A DNA stretch of 64,000 bases from contig NC_045697.1 in the NCBI RefSeq assembly GCF_009834535.1, positions 84,074,001-84,138,000 on the forward strand, read 5' to 3'. The notes beneath the pieces were generated by a model that saw only the letters and a program-made list of their open reading frames with translations, searched no databases and was not told the DNA's origin. This DNA comes from Camelus ferus. Its lineage: Eukaryota. Each line of letters opens with the position of its first letter. The first letter of the stretch is position 1. A program made the translations under genes and the position numbers. Positions 51,734 to 64,000 of this stretch are shown in pieces.

Positions 51734-54700
51734 TGGAAGGAGACAAGAAAATGTGTAATATCATTTCAGGTAATGATAATTGCCTTGAAAACAAGCTGAG
51801 GGGATAGAAGGCAATGCCATGGGAGAGCTGCTATTTTTAGAGAAAGTATTTTTAATGATAATGAAGCAGCAAACCTGAATGAAGTGAGGTTGTTAGAGAG
51901 GACCTAGTGCATAAGTGGAAAGCTTGACTCTAAATAAGAGCATGGATAATTAATCTGTTAGAATAGGGAAAAGAGGCAAAATATAATATTACAGAAGCAG
52001 GTAAGTTGGTATATATGGTTAGAAGAATGTGGATGTTCTTCGGGATTGCTGATGGAAAGTGATGATTAGGGCTATGCCGAACACACCCTCAAGTCTTATT
52101 TCTATTCTTTACTCTCTGAAGACAATAAATTCAATAAGTATTGTGGGCAGATAAGAAATCTACAGGAGGAAATTTAATAACACTTTTTTAATGGAGGCAA
52201 GAGATGTAGTTGGGGAGGAGGAGGAAGTACATTCCAGGAATGATGAGTGGATAGTGCAACAGCTTTGAGGAATATCATATGACCTGGACATAGGAATTGA
52301 AATCACATTGCTCAACTGAGCGCATGTATTCTGATGTGCAATGATTGTTATTACATAAGAAAGGTAAGAAGTGATCAGAAGAATAAAGAAAGTGTTATTA
52401 AAAGTTTAAATATTTGATCAGCAATATTGTCTATCCATGGGGGCCCTGCAGGTTTCTGTGAAGGAGAAGTAAAAGGCAATACTTAAAGGAAGGTGAAAAT
52501 TCCTATTAATATCTGCTTTACTGTGAGACACCAACAAAGAGGTCTGTTGTTCCAGTCCAACTGGGGTCACTTCTGACTTGTCTCATGAAAGACATCAAGG
52601 TATAGATCAACAAGGCAAATTTTATGTAATCAAAGCTCATGAGAAAAATTGTGTAGAGACAACTGCAATATAGGAACTAACATCATATATTGTTTAGAAT
52701 TAGGAAAGGACAAAGAAAAATTAACTTGATAATTAAGAATGATCAATATGTATGTAAAATTCATTTCTAAGCACTAAAGCACTACATGTACAATCTTATT
52801 TCATGAGAAATGAATTCTAGAAATCACTCATGTCCAGACAACAGTGATACCGGTGAGTCAGAGCTAACAGTGCCTCTCTTCAAATGTTACATCATACCAG
52901 GTAGATGCCTAGTGGGTGTAAACTGTATTTCAAAATGAGAGGGCAATGGGTCACGCTGCCTCATTCCTTTTGCCTACTTACAGTGTGACTCTAGACTGCC
53001 TGAACTTCAAAACCTTTGTTCTCCAGGAACAATCAACTCTTAAGGCAAAGTTTGTCCAATGAAATTAACAACTGACAACGAATCTTTTAAAATCTCAAAA
53101 TAAAACCGTGAGGTTTGTATGCCAACCACAGGAACAAATTCTAATTCAAGTTGATGTCTTCTCAGAGAGAAATTTGACAAGTCCACTCATTCTGCACTAG
53201 AATTTAGCCTGTGAGTTTGAAGGGGAAGCAATGGAGAAAAGGGAGATTGAGTCACCAGTGTATAACACATAACCAGGAAGTTTCCTGCTCCCCTTTTGTC
53301 TGAGTAAATGACTCACTGTTGTTATCTTGAATAAGTCACTTAAGTTCCAAGCACTCAACTTCCTTCCATCTAGTAACAGTGACCTGATACTAAGAAATCC
53401 TGAAAATCCAATACAAGACAATGTCTTTTTTATGTTTACCAGCATCTAGCAGTAATTGATGACTAAGGAAAAAAAAGAAAGATCTACAATGCAAAGGTAA
53501 TTCATTTTTTATTATAGTATCTCTACCACTAAAGTTATTAATATTTCCTCTAGAAATGTTCTTTTTGAGGTATTTCAGCATGGGTTCTGGAATAGTTCAT
53601 TCAAGAGCTAGGATTCAATTTTTTCTACACAAACAGGTTTTCAAACTACAGCTCTTTGTCTCAGTAAGAATAAGTGTGCCGGTGTTTTTTTTTTTGAATT
53701 CTTATACTGTGTGCTCATGAATTTGTGTCCTAATCTGCTAGTTTAATTAAAGAACTCTCAGCAAACTTAAGAAAAGTTTCAGCTTTAGTTCAGGAAGCAT
53801 GACCTCACTCATTAGGATTCAGAATAGTGACTAGAAAGAATGAGGGCTTCAGGAAGGTCTCTTCTCAACAATATAAAAAGTAGATTAAAAAAATTATTAT
53901 TGTTATTTTTAATAAACAAATAAAAAAGGTAAAAGTATAACATAGGGGTTACGTACGTAGATTTTATAACCAACAGACCTGGTTCCATTTACTAGCTGTA
54001 GGTGGAGGGAAAGCTACTAAATCACCCCTTCTCAGACTTGTCATTTGCAAAATGGGGGCAGTGGAGCCTCATCCATGCATACTGCTGTGACGGCTAAACA
54101 AGAAAAATACATGTATTAAAAATTACATATAAAAATATATACACCATGAGTTTAGGATAATTTTATTCATTTCGGTTTCTGCTACTCAATGCTTTCAACA
54201 AATTATTCTTTAGAAAGAAGTGATTTTTCAAATTCTTCACAATTACCCACCAAGTATACAGTAGGTATCACATCAGTGTTTTGCTTCTCACTGGGGACAA
54301 AAATGAATTTTATACCAAACCCTATAGCTTACCTTTATGTATTATTTCAAATCCTCAAAATCTTAAGAATTTCAGTTACTCTGAAGAAATTAGTATTTGT
54401 AGATCAGATATCAAAATGTAGATCATTGTTCTGGCAAATAATATCTTGGAATCTAAGAGTTAGCAAAGCAGAAATGCCTAAGAAAAATAGGAATAAAAAA
54501 ATAGAGGGACTAATCCTTACCTTCTTTAGCCTCAGAGTATAAATAATTGAGCCTCGTAATTACATGACACTTTATGCTTTGTACACTAAAAATAAAACGA
54601 AAGGCACTTGTAACAAACTCAGTTCTCTGAGAGCCAATGGCATGCCTCCCTGCTCGTCACATTTCCTAAGCCAGGACTTGAGAAATCAGGTGACTTGGCA

Positions 54701-55147
54701 ACGAAAAATAAATAACATGCACATCCATAGAAAGCCTATAAACCAGGACTGATGAGTAACCTGAAAATGCAAGAGTCTACCTCCCTTTTATTGTTGTTGC
54801 CTCTTGCTTCTATTACCTTTTATTGCCTCTATTGGTGGTAATAGAAACTGAGCATGGTAAGGAAAAAAAGAGATTGCTTAAACTGACTTGGCACTGAGTC
54901 CTGTCACACAGCATTGCAGGTCAATGAGAACACAAGCAGAATTTGACATGACCTTTTTAAAATCTTCACTGTAACTTTGGTCTCTCTCTTAATTGAATTA
55001 TGGATCTATGGTTGGTTTTGTCTTTAATGTTCTTCACTGAATATTTTTATTAAATGAGCATTTATTGTTGTTATTGTTGTTACTGATGCTTTGCTAATTA
55101 GTTCAATAAAAATGACCATATCCAAATGGTCAAGGACAGACTACAGA

Positions 55148-58078
55148 GAGGGAGTGGTCAAGATGGTGGAATAGGAAGACTCTGAGGTCACCTCCTCCCA
55201 CGGGCACATCAAAATTACAAATATTTACAGAGAAACTATTAATGAGAAGTTTTGGAAGACAAGCAGAAAAGATCTTCTACCACTAAAGATACAAAGAAGG
55301 AACCATATAACAAGGTGTGTAGGAGGAGCTGAGATGCAGTATAGTCGAGACCCACACCTACAGGTGGGTGACCCACAAATGGGAGGACAATTACAATTGC
55401 TGAGATTCCCCCCAAGAAGTGAGGGGTCCAAGCCCCACATCAGACTCCCATGGGGCAGAAGCAGTAATTTGAAAGGTCACTGGGTAAGACCCATCTGCTG
55501 ATGTTGGAGAGCCTCCCAGAGAGGTAGAAGGCAGCTGGAGCCCACTCTGGGGACATAAACACTGGCATCAGCAATTTTTGGGAGCTTGTTCTACCACATG
55601 GACACTGGTGCTGGTGAGCTCCATTTTGACATCCTCCCTCTAGTGTAAGCACCAGGACCCAGCCTGGCCCACCAGCCTGTCCATACCAGCACTGGGATGC
55701 CTCAGGACCAGCAACTAGCCAGGCAGTGACACAGCCCCACCCACCAGTAGGCCTGCTCCATTACAACCCTGTAACCTAGCAGGACTCTGTGGGGTCTTCC
55801 AGGGTCAGAACCCTCCCCCATGTCCTCTGCTGTAGCTCCTCTCTGAAAAGCCCAGGTAAAAGTATCTCACGTATATTTCCCGAGTTTTTCAGATGCTTAA
55901 AACTACCACCAAAGGGAAGAAATTAACTACTTGATGATCAAGGGTGCATAGCCCCCAGACCTTCTGATGCCTAGGGGTTGATGGTGTTGACCACCCTGTT
56001 ACCTCAACATCAACCAGTCAGAGAATTGTGCACGAGCTGATCACGTACCTTGAGAACCCCTTCCCATACGTGGCATTTAAATATGCTTTGCTGAAACCCT
56101 TTGGCGAGTTCAGGGTTTTCTTGGGCATGAGCCACCCCATCCTCCTTGCTAGGCCCTGAAATAAACTTTTCTCTGCTCCAGACTTCAATGTTTCAGTTTG
56201 TTTGGTCTCATGGTGCAGTGGGCACACAAACTTCCCTTTGGTAACAAGACCCTGGGCTCACAGTCACCCTAGATGGAAGCCCTGTCCACCAGAGAGGCCA
56301 GGACCTGGTCCTGCACGCCGTGCACTGACACTAGGCCCGGAATCAGCTCCACCCACCAGTTGGTAGGTACCATTCCTCCTGGCCCTCCCACCAGTGGACT
56401 GAACACCAACTTTGCGATCCCCTGGGTCCTGCAGCCAGAGACCAGGTCTGCCCACAGTGGGCCAGTACTAGCTCCAGGATCCAGCCACCAACCACCCAGC
56501 AGGCACTAGCCCTGGGACCCCCTGGACCAAAACCCTGACTACCAGCAGGCCAACACCAGTTCTCGGGATACCTTGGGCCCCTCAGCCATCTGCTCCAGGG
56601 TCTGGTCCCACCCACCAGTGGTTCAATACCAGCTTTGGGACACCTTGGACCCTGCATTTGGCAGTGTTAGGAAATCAGCCCCACCCACCAGCAGGCTGAC
56701 AACAGCTCTGTGACTCCCAGGGCCCTGTACCCAGAGACCCAGGAACCCAGCTCTGCCCATAAGTGGGCCAGCATTTGCCTCAGGATCCCCTGGGATCCAG
56801 CTCTATTCACCAGCAGGCCAACACAAGCTTTGGGACATTCTGGACTTCATAGCCAGTGTGTCAGAAAACAGCCCAACAAATCAGTAGTTCAGCACTAGAT
56901 CTGGGACCCCCAGCCCTGCAATCAACCACTCCAGAATCCAGCTCTGCTCACCACTGGCCCAACACTAGCCCTGAGATCCTATGGGGTCCCACAGCCAACA
57001 ACCTTGTGACCAGGCCCTGACCACCAGTGGATAGCAGCCTCTGCACAAGGCAGGATCTGGCAACCAACTGGACTAGGGGCCAGCCAGCCTACTAGACCAC
57101 ACCCACAGTAGTCAGTCTCCCAACAGAAGGACCTATATAGTCCAAATAGGAGGTACCTCTGAAGCATATAGCTCTGGTGACCAGAGAGGAGCAGGCTGCT
57201 GGGATGCATAGAACTTCTCCTACAAAAGATCATTCTCCAAGGTCAGGAAACATAACCAATGTACCAAACACATAGAAATAAAAACAATAAATTAGGCAAA
57301 ATGAGAGAACAGAGAAATATACTCCAAACAAAGGAACAAGATAAAACCCTAGAAGAACTAATCTGGTGATATGCAATCTAATTAAAAATTCTAGCCACAG
57401 CAATCAGATAAAGAACTAAGAGAAATTGAAATTTGAAAGGAAGAAATAAAACTGTCACTGTTTGCAGATGACATGATACTAAACATAGAAAATCCTTAAG
57501 GCACCACCAAAAACTACTAGAGCTTATCAATGAATTTGGTAAACTTGCAGGATACAAAATTAATATACATAATTCTGTTGTATTTCTATACATTAAAAAT
57601 GAACTATCAGAAAGAAATTAAGAAGACATTTCCATTTACAATCACATCAAAAAGAATAAAATAAAGAATAAATCTAACTAAATAGGTAAAAGACCTATAC
57701 TTGGAAAACTATTAGACGTTGATTAAAGAAGCTGAAGCCAATATAGACAGACGGAAAGATATACTGTGTTCATGGATCAGAAGAATGAATAATGTTAAAA
57801 TGGCCCTGCTACTCAAGGCAATCTATAGATCCAGTGCAATTCCTATCAAAACATCAAAGGCATTTTCCACAGAACCAGAACAAATAATTCTAAAATTTGT
57901 ATAGAAACACAAAAGATCGTGAATAGCAAAGATCAGTTCTTGAGGAAGAACAAAGCTGGTGGTATCACACTCCCTAATTGCAAGCTGCAGTAATCAAAAC
58001 AGTACGGTACTAGCACAGAAACAGACACATAGATCAATGGAACAGAACAGAGAGCCCACTTACATGAGCAATTAATCT
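55148..58078 (+). mobile_element. L1 with 5'UTR, ORF1 start, large internal deletion and partial ORF2 (RT); 3'-truncated
   Basis: 5' end 'gagggagtggtcaagatggtggaatagg'; C-rich repetitive 5'UTR; ORF1-like ATG at 57301 (MREQRNILQTKEQDKTLEEL); then ORF2 motifs LATAIR, KLSLFADDMIL (FADD 57461-57472) and DILCSWIRR..KAIYR..IPIK. Confidence 0.88.
55770..56246 (+). mobile_element. ERV1-type solo LTR nested in the L1 5'UTR
   Basis: TGTAAC...GTAACA termini, TATA-like TTTAAATA near 56076, AATAAA near 56160. TSD not clean. Confidence 0.8.
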
Positions 58079-58079
58079 T

Positions 58080-58660
58080 GTTTGAAGTTGAAGAAACCTA
58101 ATTAGAACTAGCTTAGGCAAAGGAAAAGGAGGCATTTATTGGCTCAGGAAACCAAATGAGCATAGGATAGAAACACAGTGGCCATCAGGAGCAACTGGAT
58201 CAGAGACATGAATGCTACCAGCTCCCTCTCTTTCATCTCTGTCTCTGTCTGTATGTCAGTTTCCTTCTCCTGGACTAGCACTCTGAATGTGGCTACCACA
58301 ACAACTTTCAGTGGATTCCTCTGGTTCCCATCTGAACAGTGTCCCAATCAGAAAAGAGGATGCTCTCCTCACATCACCTCCCTCACCTTCCTCCATCCCT
58401 CATCTCACCCAGGTTTAAAAATAAAATGTGAGGAAAGACTCTAATCTGTAAAAGAGATTCCAGGCTCTCTTCATGCATTCATGAGCTGGGTCAGGAAGAT
58501 TGTTTTTATTAGTTCACCTTAGATCAACTGGCCACTCCAAGGTCAGACTGCGTCGTCCAAAAGATTGAGGTCACATAAGACGAGGCAGCTGCTAATCAGA
58601 TCATATGCTGGAGGGAAGGGTGGAAGAGCAGTTTTCCACAAGAACAAGGGTAGAATAGAC
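58080..58660 (-). mobile_element. MaLR LTR (MLT1-like)
   Basis: 'gaaacctaattagaactagcttaggcaaagg...atttattggctca...ctggatcagagac'. Confidence 0.6.
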
Positions 58661-60453
58661 ATGATCCCCATGAGACTTAATTCTACCACAGTAGCCCCTG
58701 GATCTTAGGCCAAGTTCTTTAACTTCCTTACTTTCCTAAACTACAAAATGGGTAAAATTATAATATTTAATTCACAGAATTATTGTGGAGTTTTAAAATT
58801 AATGTATGATAAAGTATCTTGAAAAACACAAAATGCTTTACAAACAAATACATTTTCAGTTTTTTTCATTGGACTGGTAGCTTTCTGGAATCTGGTTTAA
58901 GCCAGCAAAGAACTCCTTCCCTTGTCCCCATTTTGTGCATCAGTTTCCTTGGGAAGTGTTTTAATAATTAGGTTAGTTGTTGTAAGCACATTACATCAAA
59001 TACAAAAAGGTACATTAGCAAAAATTAGGTCCAACAACTTAAAACATCAAGCTTAAAGGAGCAAAAGTATATTTTATTTCAGCAAAAAAAAAAAAAAATA
59101 CAGCTGTTTCTGCTTTATAATCTAATATCTTAATTTTGGATTAGTACAAAGAAATGTGTTTTCTGGAGAATGTAGCTGAATATTTATCTTTAATAGAAAA
59201 ATAAATTTTTCTTACTACCTCTTACTCCAAGTATTCTGAATCCTTCTTTTTCATACTGATTAATGTCAGGAGATAATACAAATTTCATGCTGCTGAAAAG
59301 GAAACCGAGGTGGGAGTATTTACAGCTCACCTGCAGTGGTAAGAGACATTACTCAAGTGATGACACCAATGCAAAATCCTTGCCATCCCTCCCCACATTA
59401 AGAGCTTTCACCATTTCTTCAATTGACTGTAATTAATTTAGCATAAATTGACTTTGGAATTGATACATATGGTTCTTGGTAAAGTACGTAAAACAGGCAG
59501 CCAGCTCACAATGAACGTGTATAAGGCCTCCCTAGGCTTATAGCTTCTGTTGGATATTCCTGTCCTACACAACTTTTCTCTGGCAGGAGGGTAAAGGGAT
59601 TTAGGGGAAGGAGTGAATTTCTCAGTGTCAATCCTGCCAGTCTTAGCCCACCTCGACTCATCCTTATGAAAATAAAATGATTCTGCCTCATCCTTGGCAT
59701 GCTATACACAAACTCAAAGCTCATCTCCTCTAGGAAGTGCTCTCTCTCAATACTCAAAACTGTCAGATGACTCTCCTTTGGTCTCAGAGTATACTGTGCT
59801 TGTCCCTTCTATCAGGTACATCTCTTTCAGTGTCAAAATGCCAGAAAACACAAATCAAATCAGTTTATGCAAGAAAAGACCATTTTCTTCAGCAATGAAT
59901 GCATCTCCAGTGCTAGCACAGTGTGCAGCATTTATACATTCAAGAAATATTTATTGAGCATCCAAAGCATGTCAGCCTTTATTCCAATAGCTGTGCGGCT
60001 TCTCTTTTCTACTAGTTCCCTAAGTCCCTTGTTATGACTAGAACTCTGTCCTGCAGCCTAGTCCACTTGGGAAGAAATGAGCCCTTGCTTATTTCTCCAT
60101 CTCCTCCTTCTCCTGGAGGCTATGTCTAGCACTAACTTGATGAACTACCTGAATCATGATGCACCTATGCATTTAACTTCAAGCACAGCCACTGCCCATT
60201 CTCTACAGTGGCTATTTCAACTTCCATTATTCTTAAACCTCCTAGGTCACCACTGTTACCTTCTTTCCAATAGGTGAGCTCAACTTTATATCTGTACATT
60301 CTCAAAATTATCTGCACATACACCCATTGTTTCCTTCTTTCCTCCTTCCATTATGGACAATCCTCCCCTCTCTGGAAAAAAACAAATCCCTTCAACCTAA
60401 GTTCTGGATCCCATTCTCACTCTCTGTCACTTTGACTCTGAAGCACAACTTTC

Positions 60454-60694
60454 TTTTTCTTTTTTTTTTTTTTTAACATTTTTTATTGAGTTATAATCAT
60501 TTTACAATGTTGTGTCAAATTCCAGCATAGAGCACAATTTTTCAGTTATACATGAACATTTTTTTCTCTGTGAGCTACCATAAGATCATGTATATATTTC
60601 CCTGTGCTATACAGTATAATCTTGTTTATCTATTCTACATGTTGAAATCCCAGTCTGTGCCTTCCCACCCTCCTGCCCCCTTGGCAACCACAAG
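60454..60694 (-). mobile_element. Young short L1 3' end (camelid-like) with 15-bp TSD
   Basis: Long poly-T followed by 'aacattttttattgagttataatcattttacaatgttgtgtcaaattccag'. TSD TGAAG(C/T)ACAACTTTC at 60439-60453 and 60695-60709. Confidence 0.88.
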
Positions 60695-60829
60695 TGAAGT
60701 ACAACTTTCGTTTGATTGTATAAATTCTTACAAATCAGACTTATTAATTTTTTCATAGAGTACCTAAAAAATCCCCTATAGTAGCTGAGAAGATAACAAA
60801 GCAATGCTCCTAATAAGTTTTTTATTAAG

Positions 60830-61035
60830 CAGGGTCTCTCATCTCAGCACTGTTGACATTCTGGGCGATAACAGTGGGAGGTGGGAGGGTCCTGTGGATT
60901 AGAGGATGGTTAACAGCATCTCTGGTCCCTACTCCCTGGATACCAGTGGCACCCCCAGTTGTGATAATCAAAAACATTTTCAGACATAGCCAAACACCCC
61001 CTGGGGGCAAAATTACCCCTGTTTGAGAATTACTA
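60830..61035. mobile_element. MER20 hAT-Charlie element
   Basis: 'ctcagcactgttgacatt...ccccagttgtgataatcaaaaac...cccctgggggcaaaattacccctgtttgagaattact'. Confidence 0.85.
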
Positions 61036-61794
61036 TTACAAATAATCAGAAAACAAAATGCAGGACTTGAGAACAAGATCAGGAATTTTATGTTTCTGGA
61101 TTGAGGATCAATCTGAACTGTGTGTTAGGGTTTGATCACCATTAATAATAAAACTTTAAGGGTTAAAATATATTGTATAGTGAAGTTGTGGTAAAGAATC
61201 AAATGATGAAGAATTCAGCTAGGGGTCCAGGATAAAGTTATGAGTGCTAATGAAACAGCAGGTCAAGAATAGAAAGATCTTCATTTTGAAAGATAATATA
61301 ATGATTAAGAATTTTATCTTCTCTGTTTGTTCTTTCTATGGAAAGCTTTTTTTTTTTAAGGAAGACTGCAAAAATCTATGAAGTGATCCAAGTTTTCACA
61401 AACTCCTTTTCAAGAATGCCTGTAAATATTCTCCCAAAGAAGTCTCTCTAAATTCCATAGTTCTGATAAAAATCATTACTTCCTCTTCTGGTTTGTAGAA
61501 AATAAAAGCATACATTAAGAAGGTAAAAACTCTTTTAAATAGTACAAATGAAACAGTTTATATTTATTATAAGTTAATATATATCAATACTGAGCTGCCT
61601 TGTTTAATTTACTTACATATACTAGAACTTGCTGTGCATACTAATCAATAGGTTAAATACCTTAGTTGTCACCTCTATTAGAAGTTAGGCAAAGGGTCAT
61701 TAAACATACATATAAAATCATCTTATTTTCATGAGAAAATTTTAATTCATTCTCTTTTTGCAGAAAGGGGAAGTCCTTGACAGACACAGAACAT

Positions 61795-62000
61795 GTTGTG
61801 GTTAAGAGTAAAGGCCAGAGGCAAATTGTGGTGGTTTGAATGCCAGGCTCCCTCATATAATACTTTATGACTTTGAGAAAGTCACTTACCTTCTCTGTGC
61901 CTACACTACAGGATTAGATGAAATAATGCATGCAGACAGCACAGTACCTAGTGCTATAGTACCTAGACACACTAGGTAATGTGCTGTCTGCAGCTATCCT
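61795..62000 (+). mobile_element. MIR SINE
   Basis: 'gtggttaagag...ggtttgaatgccaggctc...aagtcacttaccttctctgtgcct'. Confidence 0.65.
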
Positions 62001-63214
62001 CATCACCATCAGTAAGCAAACCTGCTCCCTAGCCACTGCACAGAGGCTAACCAATGAGTGCCAGTCAAGAACAGGCTCTTGGATCAGGCCAGAGCCTGCA
62101 CCAAAACGATAATCAGCCAATCATGTCTTTTCTTCTTAATGTGTATCTGGGGCTCATTAGTGCCTGCTTTTGGTATGGTTCTAAAAATCTCTGAGGAGCT
62201 TGCTGCTAGTTGACAACTTTGCTGATCATAAACAAGAAAGGAATTATCTACAAATTAGCACATTCTTCAAATAACACAATCTAATTTTTTTCTTAAAAAA
62301 ATTAACATATAAGAAAATGTGCATTGTAAAAAAATAGATGTGGAGAAAATAAATGGAAATAGTGATTTTACTGATTCATTTCACATTTATTAAATATCTG
62401 CTATTCATAAAGAGTAATTTTGCTGGGTGTTAGAGAACAATACGAAATGAATATAATATGACGCCTATTATCAAGCAGTAGAGGCAAATACAAACCACAT
62501 ATATTAGATAGAAAATTCCATATCAGAAGTATGAATTAAGTGCTCTGAGAACACAGAGGAGAAAGAGACAATTATACAAAATATAGGAAAATGAAGGATT
62601 TTCTTTGGTTTGGGGAGTCAATCTACAGATAGAGGCAAGGAAGGGTGGATTTTCCATTATCCTTGGCTATGCTCCCTCACTTTCTCCAACTGTAACAGCC
62701 ACAATTCTTGTACAGGAGATATGGTAAATACCAAAAAATAGCCCATCAGAACAAGAAATTGTAGAAGAGAGCATGCTGAGAAGCATATGTGGAAAAGATA
62801 CAAAGTAAAGGAATTTACAGAATGGTTTTATACATGGGAGCCATAGCACCAACTTAAAAAGCCACTGTCACCTCATATTTCTATGTGCTGCAATTGCTCA
62901 CCACTTGTCTGTCTACATGAATGAATGTGGCCCCACACTCAGGGCCCAAGGTTTTATTTCCTGTAATACCATCCTGATTCTTAGGAATCAGAAATAACTG
63001 GAGGATTATATAACTATGAATAACTTTCTCATAATTAGAGCAAAAAATAAACAATAGACCAACTTTATATGACTTCATTTACCAGACTTTCCTTCATTTT
63101 CTGCTTCCCTGTAGACAGACTTTAGCTCAAGGATGAAAAGCAGCAAATGTTTCCACAGCATGGCTGCCAGCCAAAAGGTATATTTAACCAATTCTTATAA
63201 AGTAACTAATATAT

Positions 63215-63405
63215 ACTAGAGCACTGGAGTTAAACTCATAAACTTTTGAGTCAAGCTGCCACTTACTAAGGCAAACTACTTAATCTGTTTCTCTCAATTT
63301 CTTAATCTATAAAATGGCATATAATGATAGCACCTACCTCATGGGACTGCTTTGCATATTAAATTCATTAAAATATGCAAAGTACCTAGAATAATTACTG
63401 TCACA
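63215..63405 (+). mobile_element. MIR SINE
   Basis: 'gctgccacttactaaggcaaactacttaatctg...ctataaaatgg...atagcacctacctcat'. Confidence 0.75.
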
Positions 63406-64000
63406 CAAAAGAGAGTCAAAGGTATTGGTTAGGTTCTTCTTCTAAGAATAAGAAGAATCTGAAAAGCTATGTGAATCAGCATGAAACTTTACCACTAGAA
63501 GAAGGAAGTATTTACATAATCAGACTATGTGACTCATTTATTGCTTCAGGAAAAAAAAACAAACAAACCTTAGAAATGTACCCACCTGTCTCTCTTAAAA
63601 TCCACTCATCTCTTGCATTTAATAAGAAACCTTGAAAGCCTAACTATTCATTTTTTTGCAGTTGTTCTTAAGAAACAAAAAGATATAACCAGTATGACTC
63701 ATAGCAAATGAGAGGACGTAGCTAAACGTCATGCTGCAGGCTTCCACTTCCTTTGGTGGCTAACTTCTGGGTCTGCACTGTTTTATTATAAAAAACAGGA
63801 AGCAATCGTTACAACACTACATGAGAAACGTGTCTTCAAACTACCTAGCTTGGAGATCCAAAATAATCTACTATTCCCAGAAAACAGCAAGAGAGCCCTC
63901 ATGGTTATGATATGCACAACAGAGCCCTATCGTGAGAAACAATCACAGGTTTGCTCTTTGTCTTACCATCTTATGTTTCTGAACAACTGTGAGCTAAATT

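Noticed and set aside
51253..51840. MEF2 matches CTATTTTTAG (51253 and 51831)
   Set aside because: About 580 bp apart in AT-rich or L2-derived intergenic DNA; not distinguishable from chance.
56250..57130. Repeat array as a CRISPR-like or coding repeat system
   Set aside because: Eukaryotic, degenerate repeats without unique spacers; explained as L1 5'UTR tandem units.
63864..63920. RKQQ..HG similarity to the MYOZ2 N-terminus
   Set aside because: In-frame TAA at 63864, no upstream ATG and no suitable donor; chance match. No MYOZ2 exon recognised in the window.

Overview
Mammalian genomic DNA, probably camelid (a tRNA-Ala-derived SINE and an L1 3' end resemble camelid repeats as I recall them; not verified). 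The + strand carries the 3' part of SYNPO2 (synaptopodin-2/myopodin): exon 2 (524-675, PDZ), exon 3 (4055-4854), the large exon 4 (7287-9473, or read through to TAA at 9503) and a distal last exon (CDS 31891-32433, 3'UTR to about 36 kb). Exon 1 lies outside the window. From 36 to 64 kb the sequence is intergenic and repeat-rich: MIR, L2, MER20/MER58, three ERV1-type solo LTRs, a MaLR, and an internally deleted L1 with a nested LTR. Main observations: (1) a candidate alternative first exon plus a 28-nt microexon in intron 3 that splice in frame to exon 4, giving a PDZ-less isoform MMMLAE-GSDHRKENE-G-LRRSES...; (2) a +1 frameshift in exon 4 (AGCT at 9353-9356) that is probably a collapsed C/T heterozygote; (3) a decayed counterpart of a human alternative last exon at 14338-14416; (4) paired perfect CArG boxes and a tandem-duplicated MEF2 site; (5) an old MIR-like segment inside a younger LTR. 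I found no wholly new gene or system. Repeat family names and comparisons to human are from memory, not from searches.
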